Source: Thermodesulfobacteriota bacterium
Lineage (GTDB): Bacteria; Desulfobacterota; QYQD01
Length of the DNA: 64,000 nt
Assembly: GCA_040754095.1 (NCBI GenBank)
Contig: JBFMFO010000007.1
Span: 3,121 to 67,120 of the forward strand
Reading direction: 5' to 3'
Below, one piece after another: positions 29,036-40,363 of this stretch; within the stretch, counting starts at the first letter, position 1; each line of letters opens with the position of its first letter. The notes below the pieces were generated by a model, which saw nothing but the letters and a program-made list of their open reading frames with translations, searched no databases and had not been told where the DNA came from. The translations under genes were made by a program, and so were the position numbers.

Positions 29036-30724
29036 TCAAACTAAGAGCATTTCAGTAGTTGCCTTACCGGCCGGCACCATGGGATAAACCTTTTCTTCAT
29101 GGGCGATGATGAACTCCATAATCACAAGATTCGGGGTCTTCAGGGCCTTTTTAATAACCGGCACCACCTCTTCGGGTTTGGTGGCCCGGAGCCCCACCGC
29201 GCCATATGCCTCAGCCAATTTAACGAAATCAGGTGCGGTAGCCAGTGAGGTAGCGGCATACCTCTTTCCGTAAAAGAGCTCTTGCCATTGGCGCACCATA
29301 CCAAGATACTGATTATTCAGGATGGCAATTTTTACCGGTAACCGCTGCTCCATGGCCGTGGCCAGTTCCTGGATGTTCATCTGAATACTGCCGTCTCCGG
29401 CTATGTCTATGACTGTCCGATCCGGCGCTGCCAACTGGGCCCCAATGGCAGCCGGAAATCCATATCCCATAACTCCCAGACCGCCCGACGTCATAAGTGA
29501 ACGCGGCTCGGCAAACTTATAAAATTGCGCAGCCCACATCTGATTTTGACCGACTTCGGTGGTAATAATCGCCTTACCCTTCGTGAGTTCATAAAGTTTC
29601 TCTACTACATACTGCGGCTTTATTACTCCCTTTTCTTCTTTGTAGGAAAGCGGGTGTTTTTTATCCCAGTCGCGCACCTGAGCCAGCCACTCTTCATGTT
29701 TTTCTTTCCAGTTTATCCCTTTTTCCCCCTTGAGAAAAGTGACGAGCTTTCCAAGGGCGTTTTTGCAGTCAGCCACTATCGGGACATCTACCCTGACATT
29801 TTTACTGATGGACGTAGGATCAATATCGACATGAATAATCTTGGCATGGGAAGCAAAGGCATCCAGCTTACCGGTAACCCGGTCGTCAAAGCGAGCTCCT
29901 ACTGCGATAAGGAGGTCACAATTTGCCACAGCCATATTCGAACAATAGGTGCCATGCATTCCCAGCATTCCCATCCAAAGCGGATGCGTGCCCGGAAACC
30001 CACCCAAACCCATCAAAGTAGCAGTAGTCGGTATCTGTGCGAGGGTGGCCAGCCCGGTCAACTCGGCTGCCGCATTGGAGGCTATGATCCCGCCGCCGAC
30101 GTAAAGCACAGGGCGCCTGGATTGGATGATTAACTTGCCGGCCTTTTCTATCTGGCCCACATGTGCCCCATAGGTTGGATTATAGGTACGCATATTGATT
30201 GTTTCCGGATACTTAAATTCAGTCCTATCAACCATTACGTCCTTTGGCAAATCCATTAACACCGGGCCGGGCCGTCCTGATCTGGCTAGGTGAAAGGCCT
30301 CTCTCACGGTCTGGGCCACATCCTTAACACTCTTCACCAAATAATTGTGTTTAGTGCATGGCCGGGTAATTCCGACGATATCCACCTCTTGAAAGGCATC
30401 ATTACCAATAAGCTTGGTAGGCACCTGACCGGTCATAACCACCACGGGGATGGAGTCCCCATAAGCTGACGCAATGCCGGTAACCGTGTTTGTAGCTCCC
30501 GGCCCGGAGGTGACAAGAACTACACCCACCTTGCCTGTTACACGGGCATAGGCATCAGCGGCATGCACCGCAGCCTGCTCATGCCTTACCAGTACGTGAC
30601 GGATGGGAGACTTCATGAGTTCGTCATAGATGTCTATTACCGCCCCGCCCGGAAATCCAAAAATCAGATCCACGCCTTCCTTTTTCAAACATTCGATCAA
30701 AATCTGTGCGCCTGTCAGTTTCAT
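29036..30724 (-). CDS. ilvB: acetolactate synthase large subunit (biosynthetic)
   Basis: GFPGG, RHEQ, TSGPGATN, GDGSIQMNIQEL...NN TPP motif. Confidence 0.97.
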   Translation of the reverse strand: MKLTGAQILIECLKKEGVDLIFGFPGGAVIDIYDELMKSPIRHVLVRHEQAAVHAADAYARVTGKVGVVLVTSGPGATNTVTGIASAYGDSIPVVVMTGQVPTKLIGNDAFQEVDIVGITRPCTKHNYLVKSVKDVAQTVREAFHLARSGRPGPVLMDLPKDVMVDRTEFKYPETINMRTYNPTYGAHVGQIEKAGKLIIQSRRPVLYVGGGIIASNAAAELTGLATLAQIPTTATLMGLGGFPGTHPLWMGMLGMHGTYCSNMAVANCDLLIAVGARFDDRVTGKLDAFASHAKIIHVDIDPTSISKNVRVDVPIVADCKNALGKLVTFLKGEKGINWKEKHEEWLAQVRDWDKKHPLSYKEEKGVIKPQYVVEKLYELTKGKAIITTEVGQNQMWAAQFYKFAEPRSLMTSGGLGVMGYGFPAAIGAQLAAPDRTVIDIAGDGSIQMNIQELATAMEQRLPVKIAILNNQYLGMVRQWQELFYGKRYAATSLATAPDFVKLAEAYGAVGLRATKPEEVVPVIKKALKTPNLVIMEFIIAHEEKVYPMVPAGKATTEMLLV

Positions 30725-30733
30725 AGTAATCAC

Positions 30734-30952
30734 CTACCGATACTTGGCCAATATGGCCATTATTTTATCCTTCTCGGCCAGTTTCAACTTCTGAATACGC
30801 CTCTTCTCCATGGTTTCTTCTGTGGTTAGATATGGCCTTTGGTTAAACTCCTCCAGTTTTCTCTCCAGAGATTGATGTTCTTTTGCCGCCCTTTTAAGCT
30901 CTTCATCTTTGTCTATCCAAAGGGCCATCAACGCCTTGTCTTTTTCTTCCAT
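30734..30952 (-). CDS. small coiled-coil protein (DUF465/YdcH-like)
   Basis: EHQSLERKL...YLTTEE...QKLKLAEKDKI. Commonly found upstream of ilvB in deltaproteobacteria. Confidence 0.8.
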   Translation of the reverse strand: MEEKDKALMALWIDKDEELKRAAKEHQSLERKLEEFNQRPYLTTEETMEKRRIQKLKLAEKDKIMAILAKYR

Positions 30953-30988
30953 ACCTTATCCCCATCCCTTGCGCGTCAGACTTTGTTC

Positions 30989-31018
30989 ACTATAAGAAAT
31001 AACCATCTGATTTGTCAA
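30989..31018 (-). promoter_or_regulatory. sigma-70 promoter for the DUF465-ilv operon
   Basis: TTGACA-N18-TATAGT on the minus strand. Confidence 0.55.
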
Positions 31019-31065
31019 CTGATTATCATCAATTTTAGCATATTTGTCTTACGCCTTAAAGCTAA

Positions 31066-31770
31066 TCAGGATATGTACCCATCTTTTCCGGCCCATTTTA
31101 GCTCGGCTTCGGATGGCCGGATATATGCAGGAACCATGGTAACAATATCGGCCAGCTCTCCGGCCTTAAACTTCTCTGCCGCCAGGAAAGCCACATTAGA
31201 AGCCCGGATATAAGAAAAGGGGCCGGTAGCAAAGAACACCTTGTCACCAAGCTCCTTTTCAAAGAATTCGCCGTAAGACCAGACTCCATCTCCAGCCAGT
31301 ATCACCCGTTCTTTTATCCGTGTGACAAGGTCCCGCGGCGAAAGGGCTAACTCAGGAGAGGTCTTTATCAGCCGGCCATACTCATTTGGATAATAAGCAG
31401 CCGTAAAGACCTCTCCCTTTCGGGCATCAATAACGGGAAACACCGGGCGGTCGGCCACGGGAAAGTTTGCGGCCAGCGCATCCAGGGTTGATATGCCCAC
31501 GACCGGTTTCCCGGTGGCCAGGGCCAATCCCTTGAAAGTAGCCAGGCCGATCCTAATACCTGTAAAGCTGCCCGGCCCTATAGTCACGGCTAGGCCATCA
31601 ATATCGTTAAGGGCTAATCCGGTTTGGGCCAAAAGATACTCTACCGCCTGCAATAAACGCCGGCTGTGTGTCTCTTTGCTGAAAAGGCTGTATTCAGCCA
31701 GCACCGCTCCGTTATCCGTGAGGGCTGCGCTACCGGTATGAGTAGATGTATCGACGGCCAGAATCTTCAA
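31066..31770 (-). CDS. tsaB: tRNA threonylcarbamoyladenosine biosynthesis protein
   Basis: ILAVDTS, HSRRL, GPGSFTGIRIG, DARKGEVF. Confidence 0.95.
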   Translation of the reverse strand: MKILAVDTSTHTGSAALTDNGAVLAEYSLFSKETHSRRLLQAVEYLLAQTGLALNDIDGLAVTIGPGSFTGIRIGLATFKGLALATGKPVVGISTLDALAANFPVADRPVFPVIDARKGEVFTAAYYPNEYGRLIKTSPELALSPRDLVTRIKERVILAGDGVWSYGEFFEKELGDKVFFATGPFSYIRASNVAFLAAEKFKAGELADIVTMVPAYIRPSEAELKWAGKDGYIS

Positions 31771-31786
31771 ATATTACCTGCCCTAT

Positions 31787-32854
31787 TCATCCTTTTACCA
31801 GTAGCCGAAGGATATCATTGTAAAAGACCACAGCCATGAGGGAAATAAGAATAACCAGCCCGACTTGCTGGGCAATCTCTCTTTTTTTGAGGCTGACCGG
31901 ACGCCCCAGGATCAGCTCAATGCCCAGAAAAAGAAGATGTCCACCATCCAGGATAGGTATAGGCAATAAGTTTAGAACACCCAGATTGATGCTCAATAAG
32001 GCCACAAAGAAGAGAAGAGGAACCACCCCTGCCTGTGCCTGCTCACCGGCTAATTGAGCAATAAGAATAGGTCCCCCCAGGGTGGATATGGGCACAATCC
32101 GCTGTATCAGTTTTACTATACTTAGATATGTTATATAGACAATTTTCCCGGTCCGGTCGATTCCGGCTACGAACGCTTCGAGGGGATTCATCCTGTCCAT
32201 AATAATGTGATCAGAGGCCGATATCCCGATCACCGGAACCGTAACTTCCTCACCAAATATGTTGCGATGCGCAGTTATAACCGGCGTTATCTGTACCCTG
32301 AAGGCATTGCCGTCGCGCACCGCATAAATATCCAGCGGCTGTTTACCGCCCTTGCGTACCATCCCGGCAAGTTCATCCCACTCTTTTACGTGACGGCCAT
32401 TGATGTGGGTGATCCGGTCGCCGGGCCTAAGGCCGGCCTCTTGTGCCGGCAGCCCGTCTTGTACGCCACCTATAGTCGCCGGTAGTGTGGGTTGCCCAAA
32501 GACCATGAAGGTGACAAAAAATATGAAAAAGGCAAAAATAAGATTGGAAAAAGGCCCTGCCGCTACAATAAGGCCCCGTTGCCACAATTTTTTATGGATA
32601 AAAGACCTGGCCTCTTCATCGGCTTCAACGGTTTCCCCCGGGTTTTCGCCAAAAAGTTTGACATAACCACCGAGGGGCACGGCTGATATACGATATTCCG
32701 TTTCACCAACTACCTTGCCCCATATCCTGGGGCCAAAACCCAAAGAAAATTTTTCCACCCTTACCTTACAGGCTTTGGCCACTAAAAAATGTCCCAGTTC
32801 ATGCACCAGGATTAATACGCCCAGGACTATTATCACGGTAAAAACAGTCGTCAT
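31787..32854 (-). CDS. rseP: RIP metalloprotease
   Basis: HELGH, PDZ region, NLLPIPILDGG. Confidence 0.95.
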   Translation of the reverse strand: MTTVFTVIIVLGVLILVHELGHFLVAKACKVRVEKFSLGFGPRIWGKVVGETEYRISAVPLGGYVKLFGENPGETVEADEEARSFIHKKLWQRGLIVAAGPFSNLIFAFFIFFVTFMVFGQPTLPATIGGVQDGLPAQEAGLRPGDRITHINGRHVKEWDELAGMVRKGGKQPLDIYAVRDGNAFRVQITPVITAHRNIFGEEVTVPVIGISASDHIIMDRMNPLEAFVAGIDRTGKIVYITYLSIVKLIQRIVPISTLGGPILIAQLAGEQAQAGVVPLLFFVALLSINLGVLNLLPIPILDGGHLLFLGIELILGRPVSLKKREIAQQVGLVILISLMAVVFYNDILRLLVKG

Positions 32855-32926
32855 CTATCTTCTTTCCCTACGTACGGTATCTCAAAGCCTAACCACAGAG
32901 CGCACAGAGCGGCAAAGCCGCAACCA

Positions 32927-33196
32927 AATCCGAATATCGAAATACGAAATCCGAAACAAATCCGAAATCCAAATATCGAATGTTCGAAACGTCCATCAGC
33001 AACTCCTTCGATTTTTCGTTTTGGTCATTGCTCTCATTTGGTCATTTGAACATGCATAGCGAGCGCATTCCCCGCTGCTTGCAGCGGGGTTAGCGAGCGA
33101 ATATGATGCATTTTACCTTGCATACGGAGATTCCTCGCAGCTTGCTGCGGGGAGCTTCAGTTTGTTTCGAGTTTCGTGCTTCGGATTTCGAATTTT
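32927..33196. repeat. AAATCCG heptamer-array element with nested PATE
   Basis: Same body as the 21388 copy plus a 110-bp insertion. Confidence 0.85.
33050..33159 (+). mobile_element. non-autonomous IS200/IS605-like PATE (second full copy)
   Basis: TTGA|ACATGCATAGC...GGGGAGCTTCA|GTTTG, versus the empty site TTGA|GTTTG at 21508. Confidence 0.8.
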
Positions 33197-33202
33197 CCAT
33201 CT

Positions 33203-34366
33203 CTACGGTGAATAAGTTTTAACCTCATCCCCGGCCCGGATTCTGGCCAAATGATCCGCTGCCATGACGTCTTCCAGTGAATTAACTGCTGAGGCTTCAG
33301 AACCATACATCGTGCCTTCCACGACACGGGCAATATCCGTGAATCTTATGCGGCCTTCGAGAAAGGCATCTACCGCTACCTCATTGGCCGCATTAAGGAC
33401 AACGGGAAGGGTCCCTCCCTGCTTACAAGCCGCATACGCCAGCCGCAGGCATGGAAATTTGTCCATATCCGGTTCTAAAAAAGTCAGGTTATTTACTGAC
33501 GGGAGATCCAACCGGGGAAGTCCCATATCGATCCGCTCCGGGGCGGAAAGGGCATAAGCAATCGGAATACGCATGTCCGGTATGCCCAGTTGAGCAATTA
33601 TAGAACCATCTATGTACTCCACCATAGAATGTACTATACTCTGCGGGTGTATTTGCACGACTATCTGCTCGACTGAGAAATCAAAAAGCCATTTAGCCTC
33701 TATAACCTCCAATCCCTTGTTCATTAAGGAGGCTGAGTCAATCGTTATCTTCCTGCCCATTTGCCAGTTGGGATGTTTTAAGGCCTCGACCGGCGTTATA
33801 TTATGCAACATCTCATAAGTATAATGCAAGAACGGTCCGCCTGAAGCTGTGAGTATGATCCTCCTGACATCTTCTTTTCGATGTCCTAACAGGGACTGAA
33901 AAATGGCGCCATGCTCACTATCAACAGGGTTAATGGAGACGCCCTTATCCCTGGCTGTTTTCATAATCAGCGAACCGGCGGTAACCAGGACCTCTTTATT
34001 GGCCAGAGCAATATCCTTCCCTGCACAAATGGCCTCATAAGTGGGCACGAGACCGGCTGCACCCACCATTGCCGAGACAACCATATCAACTTCCGGCAGC
34101 GTAGCCACCTCTCTATGCCCGTTTATACCGGAAGCAACCTCCACGCCCAGCCCCGCTGGCATCTGGGCCTTTAACTCCACAGCCAATCTCTCATCCTGGA
34201 CAGATACAAGACGCGGCCTAAAGCGTTCAATCTGTTCTATCAACAATCCGATGTTCTTGCCGGCAGAAAGTCCGGCTACCTGGAAGCGTTCCGGAAAACG
34301 CGCTGCCACTTCCAACACGTTGCGCCCAATAGACCCGGTAGAACCCAGGATAGATAATCTTTTCAC
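33203..34366 (-). CDS. dxr: 1-deoxy-D-xylulose-5-phosphate reductoisomerase
   Basis: LGSTGSIG, LANKE, PVDSEH, TASGGPF, NKGLEVIEA. Confidence 0.97.
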   Translation of the reverse strand: MKRLSILGSTGSIGRNVLEVAARFPERFQVAGLSAGKNIGLLIEQIERFRPRLVSVQDERLAVELKAQMPAGLGVEVASGINGHREVATLPEVDMVVSAMVGAAGLVPTYEAICAGKDIALANKEVLVTAGSLIMKTARDKGVSINPVDSEHGAIFQSLLGHRKEDVRRIILTASGGPFLHYTYEMLHNITPVEALKHPNWQMGRKITIDSASLMNKGLEVIEAKWLFDFSVEQIVVQIHPQSIVHSMVEYIDGSIIAQLGIPDMRIPIAYALSAPERIDMGLPRLDLPSVNNLTFLEPDMDKFPCLRLAYAACKQGGTLPVVLNAANEVAVDAFLEGRIRFTDIARVVEGTMYGSEASAVNSLEDVMAADHLARIRAGDEVKTYSP

Positions 34367-34388
34367 TGTGGCATACCTTTATTGCAAG

Positions 34389-35195
34389 TTAGGGCCGGAT
34401 GAAAAACACCAGCTCATAAAACAGGACGGGTGCGGCCAGGATAACCCCATCTATACGATCCAGCATCCCTCCATGCCCTGGAAAGAGTTTGCCGGAATCT
34501 TTCACCTGGGCAGAACGTTTAAACATGGACTCCACAAGGTCTCCAATTTGAGCGGTAATTCCCAGGGAAAGGGCCAGAAAAACAACCTGTCTCACCGTTA
34601 TCCAGGGGAAAAAATGGCTGCTCATGAGCCAAGCCGCTCCGATACTGGCCGCCAGCCCACCGATAGCCCCTTCCATGGTCTTTCCCGGACTTACACGCGG
34701 ATAAAGCTTATGACGTCCCAGGGGAACTCCTACGCAGTAAGCGCCGGCGTCACCCGCAAAGACTACGGCCAAAAGAAATAAAATCCAGATACGTCCCATG
34801 GCCAGATGTCTTATAAGAACCAGGTGGGATAGAAAAAAGGCCACATACACCAGACCAGCAATGAAGACGCCCATTGAATAAATGACCTTGGGATGAGGCT
34901 CATAAGTAAATAAATAATATGCAAGGCTCAGGGCCGTGACTAAAAAAAGCACGGCCAGGGTGCAGGGGAAGGAAAAATTATAACTGGAAAGGACAATGAG
35001 GCTGCCTAACAAGATGCCGAAATAAACCGGGGGAGAGAGATCGATTCTCCGGGCCAGGGCGTAGTACTCCAGCAAACTAATCGCCACAGTAGCCAGAATC
35101 ACCAACAAAAAAACAGACCTAGGCCCATACCATATAATGGCTATTAGAAGGGGCGTAGCAATCAGGGCGGTTATTATGCGTTTAAGGTGCTGCAT
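34389..35195 (-). CDS. cdsA: phosphatidate cytidylyltransferase
   Basis: SPGKTMEG, KDSGKLFPGHGGMLDRID. Confidence 0.95.
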   Translation of the reverse strand: MQHLKRIITALIATPLLIAIIWYGPRSVFLLVILATVAISLLEYYALARRIDLSPPVYFGILLGSLIVLSSYNFSFPCTLAVLFLVTALSLAYYLFTYEPHPKVIYSMGVFIAGLVYVAFFLSHLVLIRHLAMGRIWILFLLAVVFAGDAGAYCVGVPLGRHKLYPRVSPGKTMEGAIGGLAASIGAAWLMSSHFFPWITVRQVVFLALSLGITAQIGDLVESMFKRSAQVKDSGKLFPGHGGMLDRIDGVILAAPVLFYELVFFIRP

Positions 35196-35952
35196 AGCCA
35201 CCCTTAATCTGTTCACTGGTCAGGCCAAAACGCCTCTCTCTTTCCTGGTAATCCAGAAGGGCCCTTATGAGGTCCTCTCTACGAAAGTCCGGCCATAAGA
35301 CGTCGGTGATATAATTTTCCGTATAGGCCATTTGCCAGAGGAGAAAATTGCTTAAGCGATATTCTCCGCTGGTTCTTATAAGGAAGTCCGGATCAGGCAG
35401 TCCGGCGGCGGCGGTATCCAAGGTCCGGCTTATATATCCTTCGCTTATTTCATCCGGCAGCAGGGCGCCCTGGGTTACCCTGCGAGCGATCTCCCGCACG
35501 GCACGCACGATCTCATCACGACCGCTGTAACTTAATGCCAGGGTGAGAACCATATCCTGATTAGACTCTGTTTGTTTAACCGTACGCAACAAAACCTCAT
35601 AAACAGGCCGTGGGAGTCTTTTTATCTCCCCGATAGCCCTTAGCGATATCCCGTTGGCGAGCATCTCCGCCAGTTCTTTTTCTAAGTAATCGGAAAGGAG
35701 ACCCATAAGGGCATTGACTTCACTTGGCGGGCGTTGCCAGTTTTCCTGAGAAAAGGCATATAGGGTAAGAAACTTAATCCCTATCTCCCGACAAGTCCGG
35801 ACTACCTCGCGTACAGATTCAACACCTTGCCGGTGACCGGCAATACGGGGCAAAGAACGCGATTTCGCCCAGCGTCCATTTCCATCCATGATTATAGCTA
35901 AGTGCCGGGGCAACTTTTTTGGATCTAACAACGGACTATCTGAATGAGGCAA
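35182..35952 (-). CDS. uppS: undecaprenyl diphosphate synthase
   Basis: HLAIIMDGNGRWA, YAFSQENW, IRTSGEYRLSNFLLWQ. Confidence 0.97.
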   Translation of the reverse strand: MPHSDSPLLDPKKLPRHLAIIMDGNGRWAKSRSLPRIAGHRQGVESVREVVRTCREIGIKFLTLYAFSQENWQRPPSEVNALMGLLSDYLEKELAEMLANGISLRAIGEIKRLPRPVYEVLLRTVKQTESNQDMVLTLALSYSGRDEIVRAVREIARRVTQGALLPDEISEGYISRTLDTAAAGLPDPDFLIRTSGEYRLSNFLLWQMAYTENYITDVLWPDFRREDLIRALLDYQERERRFGLTSEQIKGGYAAP

Positions 35953-36037
35953 AGTCTGCGACCCCTACATCGAGAGATAACTTAGGGAATGACCGGATAA
36001 TTTCCAGGGAGAGAAAATACATTTAAATGGCTATTTA

Positions 36038-36595
36038 TTAAAACGCCAATATCTCTTTCTCCTTTTCAGCGTAAAGCTGCTCCACTTTTTTAATATAATT
36101 ATCTGTTATCTTTTGCACTTCTTCCTGCACGGCAAAGGCTTCATCCTCAGAAATTATCTTTTCTTTTTTTAAACCCTTAAGTTCTTCATTAGCATCACGG
36201 CGTATATTCCGAAGGATAACCCGGTATTCCTCGGTAGTTTTTTTAACCAATTTAACAATCTCTTTCCGCCGTTCTTCTGTAAGAGGCGGTATGGCTATCC
36301 GTATAATTTTCCCGTCATTTGCCGGTGTCAACCCCAGTTCTGATTTAAGTATGGCCCGCTCAATATTGGCCAGGGCATTGGTATCCCAGGGCTGAATAGT
36401 AATAAGCCTGGGTTCCGGCACAGTAAGAGAGGCCACCTGGTTAAGCGGCAACATGGAGCCATAATAGTCCACCTTAATACCGTCAAACAGGGAAACAGAT
36501 GCCCTTCCGGTACGCACCCTGGCCAGCTCATGTTTAAAGACCTCAATGGTCTTTTCCATTTTAGCCTTTAAATCTTTTAAGACTTCGTCCTTCAT
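36038..36595 (-). CDS. frr: ribosome recycling factor
   Basis: [20 protein letters not shown]. Confidence 0.97.
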   Translation of the reverse strand: MKDEVLKDLKAKMEKTIEVFKHELARVRTGRASVSLFDGIKVDYYGSMLPLNQVASLTVPEPRLITIQPWDTNALANIERAILKSELGLTPANDGKIIRIAIPPLTEERRKEIVKLVKKTTEEYRVILRNIRRDANEELKGLKKEKIISEDEAFAVQEEVQKITDNYIKKVEQLYAEKEKEILAF

Positions 36596-37329
36596 GGTTC
36601 GGCGCCCTGCACTATTGTTCCGACTAGTTTTCCAAGAATAGCTTTTTTAATATTTCCCCTTTTTTGAATATTAAAAATTATTATAGGCTTTTGATGATCC
36701 ATAGCTAAAGAAATAGCCGTGGCATCCATAACGCGTAAATTTTTCTGCAATACATCCAGGTAGCTCAGGTTGCGAAACATCCTGGCCTTGTTATCTTTAA
36801 GAGGGTCCCGGTCATAGACCCCGTCCACTCGCGTGGCCTTAAGAATAACATCGGCGTGGATCTCCATGGCGCGGAGGGCGGCGGTGGTGTCCGTGGTAAA
36901 ATAGGGGTTACCGGTGCCGGCTCCAAATATAACCACCCTTCCTTTTTCCAGATGCCGAATCGAGCGCCGTCTTATGTAGGGTTCGGCTACTTCCCGCATC
37001 TCAATAGCGGTCTGCACCCGGGTCTGGACGCCCTTTTTTTCCAGGGCATCCTGCAGGGCCAGGGCATTTATCACCGTAGCCAACATGCCCATATAGTCGG
37101 CAGAAGCCCTATCCATACCCTGGGAAGCGCCGGCTATGCCCCGAAAGATATTGCCGCCGCCGATGACCACCGCCAGTTGTACGCCCAGGCTCATTATCTC
37201 TTTAATCTCTTCGGAGATAAAAGTCAGGACATCGTGGCTTATACCAAATGATTGACCGCCCAACAGGGCCTCACCGCTTAATTTTAGCAAGACTCGTTTA
37301 TATTTAGGGGGTACAGGCCTATTCACCAT
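36592..37329 (-). CDS. pyrH: UMP kinase
   Basis: [22 protein letters not shown]. Start set at Met 37329. Confidence 0.97.
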   Translation of the reverse strand: MVNRPVPPKYKRVLLKLSGEALLGGQSFGISHDVLTFISEEIKEIMSLGVQLAVVIGGGNIFRGIAGASQGMDRASADYMGMLATVINALALQDALEKKGVQTRVQTAIEMREVAEPYIRRRSIRHLEKGRVVIFGAGTGNPYFTTDTTAALRAMEIHADVILKATRVDGVYDRDPLKDNKARMFRNLSYLDVLQKNLRVMDATAISLAMDHQKPIIIFNIQKRGNIKKAILGKLVGTIVQGAEP

Positions 37330-37921
37330 TTTCACCGAGCTGATACCGCGTAAAACGCCGAACATATACGTTTTCTCCGGTCTTGGTTATCAACTCATTT
37401 AAGACATCCTGAATAGTAAGATCAGGATCGCGTACATATTTCTGCTCCAAGAGACAGATTTCACCATAATATTTTTCTAGTCGCCCTTCAACTATCTTGT
37501 CCAGGATCTTCTCCGGCTTTCCGGTTTCAACAGCCTGGGCGCGGTAAATCTCCTTCTCTTTTTCTATTACCGCAGCATGGACATCCTCTCTGCGTAGATA
37601 AATAGGATTGGCCGCAGCGATATGCATGGCTATGTTCTTAACAAATTCCTGGAATTGGTCTGTCTTGGCCACAAAATCTGTTTCACAGTTGACCTCTACC
37701 AACACCCCTATCTTGCCGCCGGCATGGATATACGCCCGAACAGCTCCTTCGGTCATCGCCCGGCCCGCGCGTTTAACCGCCACGGCCAATCCCTTCTTGC
37801 GAAGGTAGGCAATTGCCTTTTCCATATCTCCCTGACATTCCTTAAGGGCTAACTTACAATCCATAATGCCCGCGTTGGTCTTATCACGTAATTCCTTTAT
37901 AGTACCTGCCGAAATTTCCAC
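37319..37921 (-). CDS. tsf: elongation factor Ts
   Basis: [28 protein letters not shown] start after AAGGGGG. Confidence 0.97.
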   Translation of the reverse strand: MEISAGTIKELRDKTNAGIMDCKLALKECQGDMEKAIAYLRKKGLAVAVKRAGRAMTEGAVRAYIHAGGKIGVLVEVNCETDFVAKTDQFQEFVKNIAMHIAAANPIYLRREDVHAAVIEKEKEIYRAQAVETGKPEKILDKIVEGRLEKYYGEICLLEQKYVRDPDLTIQDVLNELITKTGENVYVRRFTRYQLGENGE

Positions 37922-37988
37922 TATTCTTACCCCCTTAAAACTAGACATATTATCAAAAGATTAACCACAGCGCAGCATAGCCGGAACC

Positions 37989-38141
37989 AAATCCGAATAT
38001 CGAAATACGAAACAAATCCGAAATCCAAATATCGAATGTTCGAAAGGTCCATCAGCAACTTCTTCGATTTTTCGTTTTGGTCATTGTTCTCATTTGGTCA
38101 TTTGATATTGTTTCGAGTTTCGTACTTCGGATTTAGAATTT
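37989..38141. repeat. AAATCCG heptamer-array element between rpsB and tsf
   Basis: Close copy of the 21388 element with no PATE. Confidence 0.85.
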
Positions 38142-38180
38142 CCCAATTGTCGCTTCCTTCTCAACTTGACATCGCAAGGG

Positions 38181-38984
38181 TTAACCTTCATCCTCTGCCG
38201 AGGCCGGTATCAATTCTTCTTGTGGCGCAGAATCTCCTGTCAACCCTACCGGCTCAGTCTCCGCCGCAGTCTTATCAGTTACGGCCTGAAGGGCCTCCTC
38301 TAAACGCCCCTTGCCTTCTAAGCAGGCATCAGCCATTCGTGAGGTGAGAAGTCTGATAGCCCTTATCGCATCATCATTTCCGGGTATCAGGTAATCAATC
38401 CCGTCGGGATCACAATTAGTATCAACTATAGCAACAACAGGAATGCCCAGCTTTCGGGCCTCGGTTATGGCGATATACTCCTTCCTGGGATCAACCACAA
38501 AGAGGGCCCCGGGCAATTTTTCCATCTCTTTGATACCACCCAGTGATTTTTCTAATTTAACAATCTCCTTCTCCATTTGAAGGATTTCCTTCTTTTTAAA
38601 ACGATGGATGCTTCCATCCTCTTTCATGGCTTCCAGGGTCTTAAGGCGGTCGATGCTTTTACGGATAGTCTGGAAATTAGTCAGGGTGCCGCCCAACCAG
38701 CGATTGTTCACATAAAACATACTGCAGCGGTTGGCCTCTTCTGCAATAGACTCCTGGGCCTGTTTTTTGGTCCCCACGAATAAAACAGGTTTTCCCCCGG
38801 TCGCCACCTGCACAATAAAATCGTAAGCAGTCTTGAATAATTGCACAGTCTTTTGCAGGTCAATAATATAAATGCCGTTTCTAGTGCCAAAAATGTAAGG
38901 CTTCATCTTGGGATTCCACCGCCTGGTCTGGTGACCAAAGTGGACCCCGGCTTCTAATAATTGTTTCATGGTAACATAAGACAT
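38181..38984 (-). CDS. rpsB: 30S ribosomal protein S2
   Basis: [37 protein letters not shown]. Confidence 0.98.
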   Translation of the reverse strand: MSYVTMKQLLEAGVHFGHQTRRWNPKMKPYIFGTRNGIYIIDLQKTVQLFKTAYDFIVQVATGGKPVLFVGTKKQAQESIAEEANRCSMFYVNNRWLGGTLTNFQTIRKSIDRLKTLEAMKEDGSIHRFKKKEILQMEKEIVKLEKSLGGIKEMEKLPGALFVVDPRKEYIAITEARKLGIPVVAIVDTNCDPDGIDYLIPGNDDAIRAIRLLTSRMADACLEGKGRLEEALQAVTDKTAAETEPVGLTGDSAPQEELIPASAEDEG

Positions 38985-38989
38985 AATAT

Positions 38990-39083
38990 TCCTCCTGTTC
39001 CTTGGTTAGTTCCACCACCCTCCGCATCTCACCGTTAACCCCGCCCGAGGCGGACACCAAGGCTAATCAGAGGGTGTGTGTAT
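38990..39083 (-). promoter_or_regulatory. rpsB 5' leader (S2 autoregulatory, t44-like RNA)
   Basis: ACACACACCCTCTG...GGTGTCC...CGGAGGGTGGTGGA stem layout upstream of rpsB, preceded by an extended -10-like TGTGTTAAAA and TTGCAA. Confidence 0.6.
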
Positions 39084-39163
39084 TTAAAACGTTGCTTTTT
39101 AACACAAAAATAGCGCCTTTGCAATTAAAATCAAATAGTTCTCAAAAAGGGAGTATATACCGA

Positions 39164-40363
39164 TCAGCTGCGATATGAGGCATTTATACGCACATAATCC
39201 GCTGACAGGTCGCATGTCCAGACGTTAAAATCACAAGGACCTCTGTCCAGGTCTATGCGAAGGATAAATTCTTCCTGACGCATAGCCCCGGTAGCCGCTA
39301 TTTCTGCCTCCGGTCCGCAGCCCAAGCCGTTTTTAACCAATGGGAACGTATTTATGGCAACGCTCACCCTCCCCGGATCCATGGGGACACCGGACCTTCC
39401 CAGAGCGGCCATAATTCGCCCCCAGTTAGCGTCTTCCCCAAACAGCGCTGTCTTTACCAGGCTGGAATTAGCCACGGCGTAAGCGGCCTTACGGGCCTCG
39501 CCAACAGTGCCGGCGCCGGTGACACGAACCTCCACCAGCTTTGTGGCCCCCTCGCCATCCCGTACGATCATCCTGGCCAAGTCTATAAGAAGCTCGCCCA
39601 GCAGCTTTTCAAAGACGCTTCTGCCCACAATATCGTCAATATCTATACGCTTATTATTGGCTTCGCCACTGGCCAGGATTATCACCGAATCGTTAGTGCT
39701 CATATCTCCATCTACCGTGATCCGGTTAAAAGACAGCGAAACCGCACGACGCAAAGACGCCCTCAGGGCATCAGCCTTTATGGCGGCGTCGGTCATGACA
39801 AAACAGAGCATGGTGGCCATCTGCGGCATAATCATCCCCGCCCCCTTGGCTATAGCCGCCATACGGATGGGAGTACCGCCGACATTACCTTCGCGAAAGG
39901 CTGTCTTAGGCATCTTATCTGTAGTCAGGATAGCCTGGCCGACCTCAGACAGTCTGTTCGGCGCAAGGGACTGTGCCAGGCGGGGAATGGCCTCTTTAAT
40001 CCTATCCATAGGCAGGAACTGACCGATAACGCCGGTCGAGGCCACCAGCCCCAACCCTTCTTTTATCTTCAATTGCTCGGCCAGAACGCGCGCCGACTCC
40101 CTGGCATCCTCCAGCCCCTGCTCTCCGGTACAGGCATTAGCGTTCCCGCTGTTTACAAGGATGGCTTGGGCCGCTCCCCGACGCAGACGCTCCCGGCTTA
40201 TAATGACCGGCGCAGCCTTGACGCGATTTCTGGTAAATACGCCCGCCGCCACGGCCGGCTTCTCGGCATAAATAAGCCCTACGTCCAAGCGCCCCGGCTT
40301 TTTTATGGAGGCCCCGGTAGCCGAAAATAAAAAACCCTTTATCTGCTGGTTATTTTTTTCCAC
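39164..40363 (-). CDS. argJ: bifunctional ornithine acetyltransferase / N-acetylglutamate synthase
   Basis: [46 protein letters not shown] start overlaps the secA stop. Confidence 0.96.
   Translation of the reverse strand: MEKNNQQIKGFLFSATGASIKKPGRLDVGLIYAEKPAVAAGVFTRNRVKAAPVIISRERLRRGAAQAILVNSGNANACTGEQGLEDARESARVLAEQLKIKEGLGLVASTGVIGQFLPMDRIKEAIPRLAQSLAPNRLSEVGQAILTTDKMPKTAFREGNVGGTPIRMAAIAKGAGMIMPQMATMLCFVMTDAAIKADALRASLRRAVSLSFNRITVDGDMSTNDSVIILASGEANNKRIDIDDIVGRSVFEKLLGELLIDLARMIVRDGEGATKLVEVRVTGAGTVGEARKAAYAVANSSLVKTALFGEDANWGRIMAALGRSGVPMDPGRVSVAINTFPLVKNGLGCGPEAEIAATGAMRQEEFILRIDLDRGPCDFNVWTCDLSADYVRINASYRS

Noticed and set aside
2044-38141. Heptamer and 9-mer arrays as CRISPR arrays
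   Set aside because: They are degenerate tandem micro-repeats arranged as inverted arms, with no constant 25-45-bp repeat, no unique spacers and no cas genes.
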